Assembly (NCBI GenBank): GCA_045837725.1
Contig: JBEWZL010000057.1
Span: 1-64,000, forward strand
DNA length: 64,000 bases
Source of the DNA: Vermamoeba vermiformis
Taxonomy: Eukaryota
Reading direction: 5' to 3'
The translations under genes were made by a program, and so were the position numbers. Within the stretch, counting starts at the first letter, position 1; each line of letters begins with the position of its first letter. The notes under the pieces were generated by a model. That model was not told the DNA's origin. It saw nothing but the letters and a program-made list of their open reading frames with translations, and did no database searches. Shown here one piece after another: positions 52,301 to 64,000 of the stretch.

Positions 52301-52664
52301 GATATTCTGGCAAGGTTCGAACAAACGTTGCTGATCAATCAATCTTTGTGTTGTGGCTCAGCTGGGTTGATAGAGGCAGTAAGTTACAAATATCAATAGC
52401 GACGTATCATCAGAACTAACGTCGCTCTCTTAGCTGTTGTCATACAAATCGATAGTTAACAAAGAGCGCGTAGAAGAAATTGACGAAAAAGTATCCGGGA
52501 TGACCCGAAGATTGTGCGAAGTTGTTTTGACGAAAGGCACCAAAGGAATTACTGACGATGGAATGTTCCAAGGAACTCTGGGCTTGGCATACATTTTACT
52601 TCGTGCGCAGGGCTACCCGACTTGTATCGTTAACTGGGAGACCCCAACGAGTCAAATTATATAA
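49364..52664 (+). CDS. lanM: Class II lanthipeptide synthetase (LanM: kinase-like dehydratase + LanC-like cyclase), ~11-12 spliceosomal introns
   Basis: Dehydratase: LRGSTSEEKYKSF, DRHGNGQQV, KLVYKP, WMEY, DGHSDNLIA, PVVVDTET, RVILRPTALY, LDVPAFY. Cyclase: LDLLGGVAG, GASHGYSG, NWLDMR, WCNGAPG, SLCCGSAG, GMFQGTLGLAYILLR. GT-AG introns e.g. 49639-49692, 49859-49908, 50021-50078, 50177-50223, 50985-51032, 52090-52137, 52379-52433. Confidence 0.9.
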
Positions 52665-52793
52665 ATATCGCAATTTCACGGACGGCTCTCGTTGCAACAA
52701 GTACGGGAGCAGAAAGTGTAATGAATTTTCATTTGCAGACAATTTCCCAAACAAAGGACTAAAGTTAAAGGAACTCATCCTTTCGGTCCAGCC

Positions 52794-53191
52794 ATGCAAC
52801 AGGAACCTACAGCAGACACAATTGCTTTGCAGGCTTTACAAGCAGAGCTTGAAGAAGCCGTACAACGGTCAGAGCAAGAGAGTACAAGACTTTACAAAGC
52901 AGCCATAGAAAAGAGCGGAAATCTGAATGAGATGATCGATGATTGTTTGCGCTTTTGCCAGAAAGTTACAGACATTGAACAAAAGGTAATTATCGCGTAT
53001 TTGTTAATTTTTTTGTTATGAGGTAAAAATATTTTAAATTAAATTAATAATGCAACTGAATGTAAATTTAGATAGCAGAATTAACACCAAACCGAAAATT
53101 GATAAAATTGAAGAGTTTGGTTGACGCTAACTGGCCCGGAATGAAAGTTCACAAGCACCCTCCTAACGGGAGTCGGCTGCCGACTCCGTAG
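52794..53191 (+). CDS. Small coiled-coil hypothetical protein (~100 aa)
   Basis: Exon 52794-52985 with heptad pattern; intron 52986-53071; second exon IAELTPNRKLIKLKSLVDANWPG... ending at TAG 53191. Confidence 0.5.
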
Positions 53192-53272
53192 TTTGCCTGT
53201 TTAAGCCGTTGACTTAGCTTAATTAATGTACGTACCACACTTAATCGAAATTAAAATGCTACAATGCTCACT

Positions 53273-53566
53273 CATAAAGGACAATTGTGCATTCGTCCAT
53301 TTCCGCTTTTCTCAAATGAATCGAACACACGAGAAGGCCTCAAAGGCTTCGTTCGTTGTAAAACTTCTATAACAAATTTCGAACCTTCATACATGCATAT
53401 TAGGCTGCAACGATGTGCTAATCCGTATTACCTAGCCAAGATCTGGCCGAGTGAGGTAAAAACGATTGGAATAATATTAAAATAATTTTAAAATATTACA
53501 AATATTACAAATAATCATCTACGAACTCAAGGGGATAATAATTGAAAAATGTTTCTAGAATCTGCC
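53273..53566 (+). repeat. Right copy of degenerate ~285-bp direct repeat
   Basis: Colinear, same-orientation homologue of 37171-37451. Confidence 0.9.
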
Positions 53567-53772
53567 GGATTAAAGAGAGGATCTCTCAAACCTAACGGAT
53601 ATCACGTTAAAGCTTTCTTTTCTTTCAACGATTATGTATATATTACTTTATTGTCGCAGGACGCAAAAAGTATTGTCACCAAAAATTGACAGCAAATTTA
53701 TTAACTTTATGGACCCGTGAGTAAATTTTTTGTTTTTGAAAGCTAATTATTATAAGCCTGCAATAAACAAGC

Positions 53773-56700
53773 ATGCGACTGCTTGGTATTACTTTAATAA
53801 TCATAGCGGCGTCTTTAGTTCGAACTGGTACGTATAACGGAGATCTCGGCCAACCGCTGTCAAATCCGGATTGCTCATGTTTTAAATTTAATCCAGGTGT
53901 TATAAGACATGTTTCACCTAACGGCGTTGATATTAACGATTGTACCGCTGCTTGTCGGTCCTTAACCTACGCAGTTACTCAATCTGCACCTGGTGACACT
54001 ATCTTCCTCGCGAACGGAACGTACAGTGGTTCATCAAACAGAGATTTACTCCTGCAAAATTACCAGATAAATATAATTGGAGAGTCAAAAGCGGGAGTAA
54101 TCATCGATCTGCAAGATCAAGGTAAAAATAACTGATTCTTTTGTGAGTCATGTGTTTGATTCGTTTAAATATAATTGTCATGAATAACAGTACCAATATC
54201 ATGATAGCTGCAATTTAATAGGACTAGTTCAAAACAAGCTGATTATGCAGTTAAAATGATTAGAAAATCTGATTTTTTTTTGTAGGACGAGCGTTTATTC
54301 TCGAAGACAGCAACATTAAGATCGCGTCAATTACGTTCATGAATGGAAATGCTCCGAACTCCTCGCCTCAAAATTATCGCGGCGGTGCTCTCTTGGCCCT
54401 CAATAGCTCCTCGCCGTCATACTTGGAACTCGAAGATGTCACTTTCAACGCGTGTCACGCCTCGAGTCCTGACGGCACTGGCGCAGGTGGAGGTGTGGCT
54501 ACGATCGTAAGTCCTATGAGCACGTGACGGCGAGTACTAACCAGCCAATCACAGCGAGCCACTGTTACAATGCGCCGCGTCGAGTTTGTGGATTGTTATG
54601 CAGGTGTCGCGGGAGGGTTCTACGCTGATAGTGCAACGGCCAACATCACCGACACGCACTTCACGAACTGTTCGAGTGTTTCATTGAACGGTGGTGCAGG
54701 TACAGTATTGGGCCTCATTTTATTCCTTCTCAATACACATTCTAACCAATCACGTGCTTGTAGTGGTGGTGGAGGGTGAGAGCCAGCTGTCGTTAGACCA
54801 ATGCTCGTTTGTGGACTGCAAGAGCGCTAAATTCGGTGGTGCCATTTACGAGTGTACGCAAGTGACTGTAACGAACTTATCATAATGATGATAAGAATAA
54901 TAATGATAAGAAGTAATACTAATCAGTCGCACAGCTGGCACGGCAAACTATTCAGTCACGCGCTCGGTCTTTGAACGCAATCGCGCTGTGTTTGGCGGTG
55001 CAGTATATCACTCTGGCAGTACCAGCACTGAAAGCACGTACCAGCAATGCGACTTTATCGGCAATGTGGCGACTGAAGGTGGTGGCGCGGTGGCTGCAAC
55101 AGCGAATTCAAAGCCCACGTACGACTACTGCAACTTTTACAACAACTCTGCACCGACAGGCGGGGCCATTAATGCTCTCGCTACGAATGGCGTGACCATT
55201 ACACACTGCGCGTTCAAATACAATCAAGTTACAGTGCAAGGCAGCGCCATTAATTTTGAAGGTCCAGCGGTGGTCCTGGACAATCTCTTCAAGGAAAACT
55301 TTTCGAACAAAGGCACCTTGTCATTCTCCGTCTCTTTATCCATGGCCAGCACATTCGTTGGCAACGCTTTTACGGGCAATGTAGCTACACTAGGAGCTGC
55401 CTTGTATGTCGAGACCGATGGCAATGTAGTGTAAGTCAAGTATTGTATCTATTTAGTCTGCTCACTTTTACTCTTCCAGACCGTGGGCCTTCGTCAACAG
55501 CACATTTGACAGCAATGTGGCCACGTCCGGAGGAGCTGTCCTGATCTCGGGAGCTAAAGCTACTTTCGACGGCGCTACATTCCATGCTAATTCCGCTGAT
55601 GAGTAAGTGCTGCATGTGGGTGACATTAGACTGATCAAGGTTGACAGTGGAGGTGCTGTTAAACTAGAGAACGGTGCTGTAGTGTCATTCACTGCTGTGA
55701 CGTTTGACAGCAATGTGGCGCAGACTCTGGGCGGTGCCATCAATCAAGACACCAGCACATTGATTCTGAGCGACAGTGCGATGACATTCAACCGCGCTAA
55801 GAACGGAGGTGGCTTGGCTGTTGCAGGTCCGACATGTCCCTCGTTGACTAGCGTGACCATACAGTCCAACAGTGCTGTCGAGTGTTGTGGGGCCGTGTTC
55901 TTGAGGGACTTGACGTGCTCATTCGAAACATTTTGCACCAACTGCACACTGACAGCGAACACAGTGGAGACTTGCGGACTGATGTGCACTTGCGAGCAAG
56001 GTCCTGTCACGAGTACGTCTAACTCAATTTACTTTCAATCGATTGAGCTCATACTGTTCATATTGCCAGACACAGCCTGTCCTCCATCAGTGAACGGTCC
56101 TAGTGCCGAAGCGAATGGAGGGTCTTCGAGTGACGTACCAATCAGCACTGTAGTTCCTGCTGTCGTAGTCCCGGTTGTCGTGGTGGCTGTGGGAATATTT
56201 TTGCTCATTTTCTTTATTAAGAAAAAGAAATCAGCCCAAACTGTCACTACCTCCATTGACATGCAGAATTTGACTGGTGAAGACAGATTGCATGTGCCGT
56301 ACAAAGAACTCAAGTTCAACAAAGAGATTGGCTCGGGCAGCTTTGGCAAAGTGTTCATTGGAGGTAAGGCAGATCTGGCACCATTTTAAGTTTTCAGCGT
56401 CTAACGGTGCTGCAAATAGAGTGGCAAAAAACTGAAGTGGCGCTCAAACTGAACACTTCTGGCACCTCGCAAGAGTTCCTTAGCGAGGCCAAGTTGATGA
56501 TGTAAGGCATTGCCTCTCTGCATCTTTTGTTCTAACTGACTGATAGTGCGCTGCGTCCTCACCCGAACATTGTTCAATTCTTGGGCCTGTCAACTGACGG
56601 TCCTTATCCCGTGATGATCATTGAGTACTGCGACGAAGGCAGTCTCGACAATCTGTTGTTCGACACCGAGAGCAATATTCCTCTCGAGAGACAGCTGGCC

Positions 56701-57218
56701 ATGATCAGTGCTGTCGCTAAGGGCATGTACCACTTGCACAGCAACAATATTATTCACAGAGATTTGGCCGCTAGAAATATTCTCGTAAGTCCATTGATTA
56801 ATTGGTTTGACATCACACTCACGACTCTCAGATATCAAAAGGCACGCTTAAAATATCCGATTTTGGCATGTCACGCACACTGCAGAACATGGACACGGGC
56901 ACGACCAAGACGGACATTGGTCCCGTGCGATGGATGGCGCCTGAGTCCCTCAAGAACCGCTCCTACAGCAAGAGTTCTGACGTGTGGTCGTTCGGTATTT
57001 TAGTTTACGAAATTTCAGCGAGACAAGAGCCGCACATTGCTGAAGACTTACTCACCATTGCACCGAAGATCCGCGACGAGGGGTTGACTCCTCCGTTGCC
57101 TGCAGACACGGATCCGTTCTTGGCAGATCTGATGAAACGGTGCTGGAATTTCAATCCTGAGGCTCGTCCGTCCTTTGGAGACATTTGCGATTTGTTGCAG
57201 ACTCGTCTCCGAAATTAA
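53773..57218 (+). CDS. Receptor tyrosine-kinase-like protein with pectin-lyase/Pmp-like beta-helix ectodomain
   Basis: Signal peptide; GDTIFLANGTY; repeated FxxN...GGA(I/V); TM VVPAVVVPVVVVAVGIFLLIFFI followed by KKKK; IGSGSFGKV, VALK, HRDLAARN, DFG, GPVRWMAPE, SDVWSFG. Confidence 0.88.
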
Positions 57219-57289
57219 TCATGCGTGAAAAATATTCACAGTTGTATCAATAAACAATATAAACCTATTTATCGAGCAGCGATTGAGAT

Positions 57290-59392
57290 TTAGACCAATT
57301 TATCTTCCAGTGCCTTCTTGATCGTGTTCATGAACTCGTTGGTCGTCTGCCAGTGCTCGCGTTTCATGCTACGAATAGCGTTAATTAATAACTAGACAAC
57401 GGATCTGATAAGTTCATAACGCTTACTTGGCTCCGTGAATAGACAGCGCAAGATCTTTCGTCATTTTTCCGCCTTCAATCACACCAACACACACTTCTTC
57501 GAGCTTGGTGGCAAAGTTCAACAGATCGTTGTTGTTGTCCAGCTTGGCTCTGCGGTTAAGTCGTTAGTTGCGTGCAATTGTTTACGTTAACGAGTCACAC
57601 CTGTGCATGAGACCACGCGTCCAAGCAAATATGGAAGCAATCGGATTGGTGCTCGTCTCTTTGCCCTTCAAGTACTCGCGATAGTGTCGTGTCACTGTGC
57701 CGTGCGCTGCCTAATCGAGAGGTGAGACGTTGTGTTTAATCACGTGACCACGTACCTCTGTCTCAATGGTGCGACCATCAGGTGTGATCAGTTCACTCGT
57801 CATCATGCCCAGTGAACCAAAGCCCTGGGCTACTGTGTCGGACTGCACATCGCCGTCGTAGTTCTTGCAGGCCCACACAAAGCCACCACTGCTTTTCATG
57901 CACTGGACAGCGGATCAGATCCAACTCAAACCGGAACAGATGAATAATAATTGACGTACCTGAGCCACCATATCATCAATAAGACGGTGTTCATACGATA
58001 TTCCAGCGGCTTCAAAACGAGGCTTGTATTCTCTGAATAAATACGAGGTTAGTTTCAAGTGACACTTTTGACACGTTAAATTAAAATTCTATTTTTGACA
58101 CTTACTTGTCGTACATCTCTTGGAAAATATCTTTGAAATGACCGTCGTATATTTTGAGAATTGTATTCTTGCTGCTGAAAAACAAAGGCATTTTCTTGGC
58201 CAGTGCGTACTCAAAACTACTGCGGGCAAAGTCCTTGATCGACTACGCGAATAAAATTGATAAAATTAATCACAGGTGCTTCAATAGCGATCCTTCAATC
58301 ATTACCTGCGTCGTGTTGTACATGCCCAGGCCAACTCCGCCCTCGTCCTTGAAATCAAACACTTTCCAAGTCTTAGGCTTCACTTCCATCAGCAGGCACG
58401 AAGCGCATTTCAAATCGACCTGGCTGCGTCACTTTGAAGTCCGTGGATTTGTACTGCAAATATTATTACCAAATTAGGAAAACAAACTAGTAATTTTCAG
58501 ATGCGGATCTATAAGACATACTTGATCGCCGTGAGCATGTCTACCAATAATAATAGGATGCGTCCAGCCTATTCATGAATTATTATGTTATTAATTAAAT
58601 TTACTCGTGTTATTATGAAATTTTTCGTACCAGGAACAAGTCGAGGAATATTAGAGCACATGATTGGTGCGCGGAATACAGTGCCACCGAGAATATTACG
58701 AATAGTGCCGTTAGGACTCGGCCACATTTTTTTAAGGTTAAATTCTGCCATAAGAATGAGATTTTTAGTTGGATCGAACGAAAAACTTTTCGTACCTTTA
58801 ACACGAGCTTCATCGGCGGTAATTGTAGCGCATTTAATGCCCACATTGTACTTTTTAATAGCATTGGCAGCATCGACGGTCACTTTATCTTCTGTCTTAT
58901 CGCGGTGTTGGATGCTGAGATCGTAGTAATCAAGTTTGACGTCGACAAACGGAAGAATCAACTGCAAAACAAATTAATAAGAACATTGTTAAATATTTTC
59001 CGCGTTTGTAGCACGACAAGCCATTGCCAGATTATTTATTGAAATTTTATTCCGTGATCTCGGATCAAATACTTTAAAACACGAAATTAAATGTTAATTA
59101 TTATTACTTACTTCATTTCGGATTTTTTCCCAAATAATCCGCGTCATTTCATCGCCATCTAGTTCGACAACAGGATTGGCGACTTTGATTTTATTTTTGT
59201 AGGCTTGAGAGGCTGCAGAAAATATTAACATGAATTTTCTAATTATTCAATATAATATTTGGTATTATTGAAATTAAATTTACCGTAAGTACGCGTGACA
59301 TTTCTTTGCTGCGCAGAGCCAACCGCGGAACGAACAACCCGCGAGCTGCTACGACTTCCTTTATGTAATAACTGGCCTAGTGTGGCTAACAT
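57290..59392 (-). CDS. IDH: NADP-dependent isocitrate dehydrogenase with mitochondrial targeting peptide
   Basis: [88 protein letters not shown]; Arg/Ser-rich leader. Confidence 0.95.
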
Positions 59393-60328
59393 GTTCATAT
59401 TCAAAAGCTTCTAGAAAAAATTCGGCTCGCGACCTCGATCTATTTTATTTATTGTGCCCAAACATTGTTCACTTCCCGTAGCATGTAAAAGTAATGAAAT
59501 TACTATCACCAAAACTTCGCTTGTCGCTGGACTGTGCGCAAGTTGATGAGTATAGATGAAGTACGAGAAGGTAGCAATCTTCAAAAAGAGCCTAAAATGC
59601 GACGACGCGTTGTAGAGCTGAAAAAAGCCAAGCGAAATAAGAATGAGGGAGTATGCATCGATTGGACCGGAAATCCCTACTGTGACCCTCTGCAGTTTGC
59701 CACAGACTAAGTGTCAATAGTAAATGATTATTTCTATACAAATTTAAAGATCAACTGTGCTACGGTGCAGAGTGGTTCGGCGAATGGCGCTCCTGGAGCG
59801 TCATCAACAGACACGTGACTTTTCGAATGTTTTTAACAGTATGCGTATGCAAGAAGACTATTGAATTAAATTAGACCTATAAAATATGCCTAGGATGTTA
59901 CTTTGTATTGGTGCATTCAGCTAAAGCCTTTTTGAGCGTGCAAAAAAACCCGAGTTTTGAATTTATCGGCATTTACATAATTGGGAACAGTTACGTACCG
60001 ATAATTACGGCACAACGAATCTGAATTAAATTACTTTCGGAAAGTTCCGACCACACTGCCACGAAAGGACTTTTATTTGAACTGAACGACTATTAGACTG
60101 GAATTTTGTATTACAGTTTGAGTTTTTATTAAATTTAGTTTCTTTTCCCTCATGGACTCCCTTTTGTTTCAACGAAGCTCAATGATTGCATTTTCGCACG
60201 GTTCTAGTCTGTTCGCGAATTTGGCTTTATTCATTCGAAAAGCCTATCTTTGGGTTGAACAGAAAGTACAAAAGAAGTTGGCCAAAGCATTCTACTTTCA
60301 ACCTTTGATCATCGGAACCACAACAGCG

Positions 60329-60937
60329 ATGAAACTTGTTATCCTTTCCGTTCTGTGCCTCACTATAATCGTGATCTTTTGCTGCCAAGCTTGGTGTCCC
60401 CAAGTCCAGGTGAACAACCAGACGATCACCTACCCTTACCAGACAAGCATAGAATTTCGACAACCAGTGGAATCTTCCAATCAATGTTGGGTAATGCGAC
60501 TGCAACCAAACGCCTTCGTTGTTTCTGACTACTTCGAACAAAACGCAACACCTTACTCGGTAATCAGCTTTCAAGGTGACCTCATCGATATCTGCAATGG
60601 CAACTATACGAGGGCTGTTACTTCTTCCGTGACATTGAACAATTCGGATTTGCTATCTTTTTCTGCAAGTTTAGATAGTGTTAACGTGGCTCCCTTACCA
60701 TTCCTGAATGCCGCCGCCATAGGCCCCAATGGGTTCAATTATTTGAACATGACGACATCGGCCGCCACCTTTACTGCTTGCAACCGTGGCCAACGAACCT
60801 GCAGCGGCATTACCAACGTTCTTCTTTCCCAAGGATTCAACATTCAAATTCTTTTCGGAGGAGAAATCGATCTTGTATATCCGGCAGGAATTCCCGCGTG
60901 GGCTAGCAGCACAAACAGTGTCAAATTTAACTGTTAA
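60329..60937 (+). CDS. Secreted hypothetical protein (ORF open from 60152)
   Basis: MKLVILSVLCLTIIVIFCCQA signal-like start; Cys residues and N-glycosylation sequons; AATAAA after the stop. Confidence 0.6.
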   Translation: MKLVILSVLCLTIIVIFCCQAWCPQVQVNNQTITYPYQTSIEFRQPVESSNQCWVMRLQPNAFVVSDYFEQNATPYSVISFQGDLIDICNGNYTRAVTSSVTLNNSDLLSFSASLDSVNVAPLPFLNAAAIGPNGFNYLNMTTSAATFTACNRGQRTCSGITNVLLSQGFNIQILFGGEIDLVYPAGIPAWASSTNSVKFNC

Positions 60938-61163
60938 ATTAAATTTAAACAAGACAAGACGTACAAATAAAGCATGATTGCATTTCCACAAGCACAAACA
61001 TTCTACGATGGCTCTCCAAACCGAACTCCCTATAACTGTTATAACAATAACCTGGTGTTTGGTCCCAAGGGACTGAGTTTCCGTCACTTCCTGAATATTT
61101 ACGGGATGGGACCAGAGAAGCAAATAATTTAATTCAACAAATATTACTATACAAGCACATCAA

Positions 61164-61970
61164 ATGGCTCATTCAGAAATCATTCCGCGAGAGCTTTGGA
61201 TCGAGATCTTGACACGAGTTGACGATCTAACACTTGCCTCCTCAGTTCTACTAGTATCAAAGCTTTTTCATGTTTTAACTGGTGAAAATAGCGACTATGG
61301 AGGCATAAATGCCGCGATAAATTTGCAAGCGATTCGAAATTTGAATCCTTATCGTGGAAGAACTATTACTGGACGAGTGGTAAATATAACTCATTAATTC
61401 GGTATTGCCGTATTTTAAATATTTAAATATAATTTTTTTGACATACGTGGACGATAACAGCTAACAAGATTGGTTTAGCGGTCAAACTGTTCCCGCTCTT
61501 TGGTTTTTCAATCGGCAAAACATCCCGCGAAGAACTATGTGCTGCGCCAGGATCGGTATTGAATTCAGCCGGCAAAATACCATTCGTTCAGCACAAAGGT
61601 CTCCATTTCCGAGTTTTTGGCGATGATTGCTTTTCGTCTCTGTATGTCACTATTGCCTACCACGACCACATCCTTCCTGCGTAAGTCTTCATAGCGCATG
61701 TAGATTATAAATTTAATTATTCTTTTTTCTAATTCTAGCGAGTGGGAAGCAAAAGGATTGACGTGGGACAAGTCCTGGAACGAATACAAAGACTGGTGTA
61801 AGAAGTCGTTCGGAAATTATCGCGTCGTGAAAACACCGCGTCAAAAATACGTTGATGCTCAGAACTACTTTGTAGCCACACTAGAGGCAGTTGTCAGAGA
61901 GGCACCAGACGTGGTATATACAATCAAGCTGAAGTTCAAACATAGACCCGGTAAGTCCATCCCATTGTAA
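61164..61970 (+). CDS. F-box domain protein
   Basis: N-terminal IPRELWIEILTRVDDLTLASSVLLVSKLFHVLT; downstream exons bounded by GT-AG. Confidence 0.65.
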
Positions 61971-62225
61971 CGTTATATCAGTACTAACAAAGCCCTGGTC
62001 TGCAGGAGACGTTGACACAAAATCCACTCTGTACGGCGTGTTTCTCTTGTCGCACAAAGACGTCTTTCAACGCCTTTCTCGAAATGAACTCTGTACTCGA
62101 TACTACAAGGGGGTATGTGACGATGGAGGGAACAACGAAGAAATGCTTTAGGCTGGGTCACTTTTTTATCAGCAAGAATAAAACGGAAATTGAATCAGTG
62201 TCGTATTTACAAGGTTTATTAAGTC

Positions 62226-63815
62226 TCACAGCTGCAACAAATTGTCCGGCAACACTGAGCCTTTGTCGCCTGCAGTCTTGCTGCTCGTGCTACTATTCGT
62301 GCTATTTACAGGTTGTTTCTCGCGCACCGTGACTTTCGGCGTGGCGTTGAGTTTGGACCGACTCGGCGTGACTGCCTTCGGTGTGGCAAAGCTAGGTGTG
62401 GCTGCAGGTGATCGTGACGGCGTGCCTGCATTGAGAATTGACGGTGTGCGCGGTGACTGCATTCTGCCCGGTGTGTTGTACGAGGCACGAAGTTGGTCAT
62501 CAGCATCGAGTCCTGCGCCCTGTCTTTCTGCGTGCCAATTTCTCGACTAATTGCTGGCCTGCAGGTGACAACGGTGTTTTGTTGCCGACATCACCTGGCG
62601 CTGATTTTCGTCGCGGTTGTTTGGCACGCATCTTAGCTTCAGCTTTGTTAGCCAGATCCAGCGCCATTTTATCTCGACTCGGCATGTCTGGAATTTTGAA
62701 CTGTGGTCCACTCGATGATTTGAGTGGCGTCTCCAAGTCATCGATACGTAACGGCGTGGATTCAATTTCACCCCACGTGATGAACGGTGACGCATCCGGT
62801 GCTATTTGCGGTGTGCTCACGAATCCCTATAATTAGCCATAGTGTAAGTGTTATATTCGTATTATTGTTCTTACTATCAGTACTTACATAGCCATTAATG
62901 CGCGGTGATTCAGGCACGGGAAGTTTGTTCGGGCCATCGCCGTACAGTTCTATTAAAAGATGTTGTTAATTCTCTGCAAACATGTATAACACTAGGCATG
63001 AACATAAGGAGCTTTTGATATTTGTACTTACGATCAAGATCCACTTTAGCATCTTTGCGTCTCCTCCTTTCTTCGAAGATCTGCTGAGGGTCTTTGATCA
63101 CGTTGTACATCTCCGCAGCCTGCGCTGCTTGTTCGCGCGCTAATTTTTCTTTTTGTTGTCGCTTCTCTTCTTCGTCCACGCGAATGCGTGTGTTGGTGTG
63201 TGAAATTTCTTTTTTGGGTTCTGAGGACACTAACGGCGCTGGCACTCTGTGGTTGAAATTTGTCAGAAAACTCGATATTACTAAATATAGAAAAGAGAAT
63301 ATTCATTAGGTCTCATACGAGTACCTTTGTCTCGAGCAAAAAAATTAAATTACAAAAGGTACTAAAAAGAGAATTGTCATAAGTGATTGAAATGGCATGA
63401 AATTGATGCAAAGATAATAGGTGATTGCCTAATAAGGTAAATTAAATATACATACCCGTCAGGACTGTACATGAGTGAATTCTTCGGGGTCCAGTTCCAC
63501 GTCAAATATCCCTTGCTGTCGTTCGGATTATCGAATGCCAATTTAGGCAATTCTTTCTTCTCGAACAGCCAATGATATTTTTGTCGGTGCTCTTTGTTGT
63601 TCTTTTCAAGCACTTTGTCAAAACTGTCGTCATCCTCGCTCTTGTACGAATGCAAGTATTTGTCCAGTGAAATGTTCGCAGGTGGTTCATCGTTATTATT
63701 GTTGTCTTGCAGACCACTAGCAACATCTTCACTATCGTCTAATCGTCGACGCTTGTTTGGCTCGATTTGAGGTGTTCGAGCGAAATCTGGTGTTGCGTAT
63801 GGATTTGGTGTTTCT
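62226..63815 (-). CDS. ESS2: Splicing factor ESS-2/DGCR14 homologue (5' exons beyond or unresolved at the window end)
   Basis: SLDKYLHSYKSEDDDSF, WNWTPKNSLMYSPDG, SPFITWGEIESTPLRI, FKIPD, LSPAGQQL, DDQLRASY, TP-rich tail. Confidence 0.88.
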
Positions 63816-64000
63816 GCAAAATAAATGTCAATAATACTGCACAACATGTATTGGCTATTTAACGTCCAATAATCTATAGACCAAATAATGGCACAGAATT
63901 GGTTGAGAAATTAATTATCTGGATCCGAATAAAATAATTAACCTTTGAATGAATGAATTCATACCCAAAAAAATACTATATAATTTTATACAAATTACTT

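Noticed and set aside
53264-53485. 73-aa ORF inside the right repeat (and 37297-37521 overlapping the left repeat)
   Set aside because: The reading frame is not conserved between the two repeat copies, which differ by many indels.
37171-53566. Bacterial contamination or endosymbiont contig as the source of the LanM/NRPS cluster
   Set aside because: lanM and the NRPS contain spliceosomal introns of the same style as neighbouring genes, several genes have AATAAA signals, and the region is contiguous with eukaryotic housekeeping genes.
59546-59710. Short ORF MSIDEVREG...CIDWTGNPYCDPLQFATD upstream of IDH
   Set aside because: Only ~54 codons, with no recognisable motif or paralogue; cannot be supported from sequence alone.

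Overview
Gene-dense, intron-containing eukaryotic DNA (short GT-AG introns, AT-rich spacers). The gene content is protist-like, plausibly amoebozoan, but the organism cannot be fixed from sequence alone. Two accessory systems sit among housekeeping genes (SNAPC1, SERHL-like hydrolase, S53 peptidase, P-type ATPase, NF-YB, NADP-IDH, ESS2). (1) ~1.1-11.4 kb: four paralogues with a MYRF/MrfA-like layout: N-terminal beta-rich domain, acidic linker, peptidase-S74 self-cleaving chaperone, coiled coil, transmembrane helix and a divergent LRR ectodomain. (2) ~37.2-53.6 kb: a ~16 kb island bracketed by degenerate ~285-bp direct repeats. It encodes a desaturase-like protein, two paralogous Cys/Ser-rich small peptides, an A-T-C-A-T-R NRPS, two bactofilin-like proteins and an intron-rich class II lanthipeptide synthetase (LanM, ProcM-type CCG zinc motif), i.e. 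a candidate eukaryotic lanthipeptide/NRPS cluster. Many genes, including housekeeping ones, carry single-base frameshifts that are most likely assembly errors. Exon boundaries were read by hand and family assignments come from motif recognition, not database searches.
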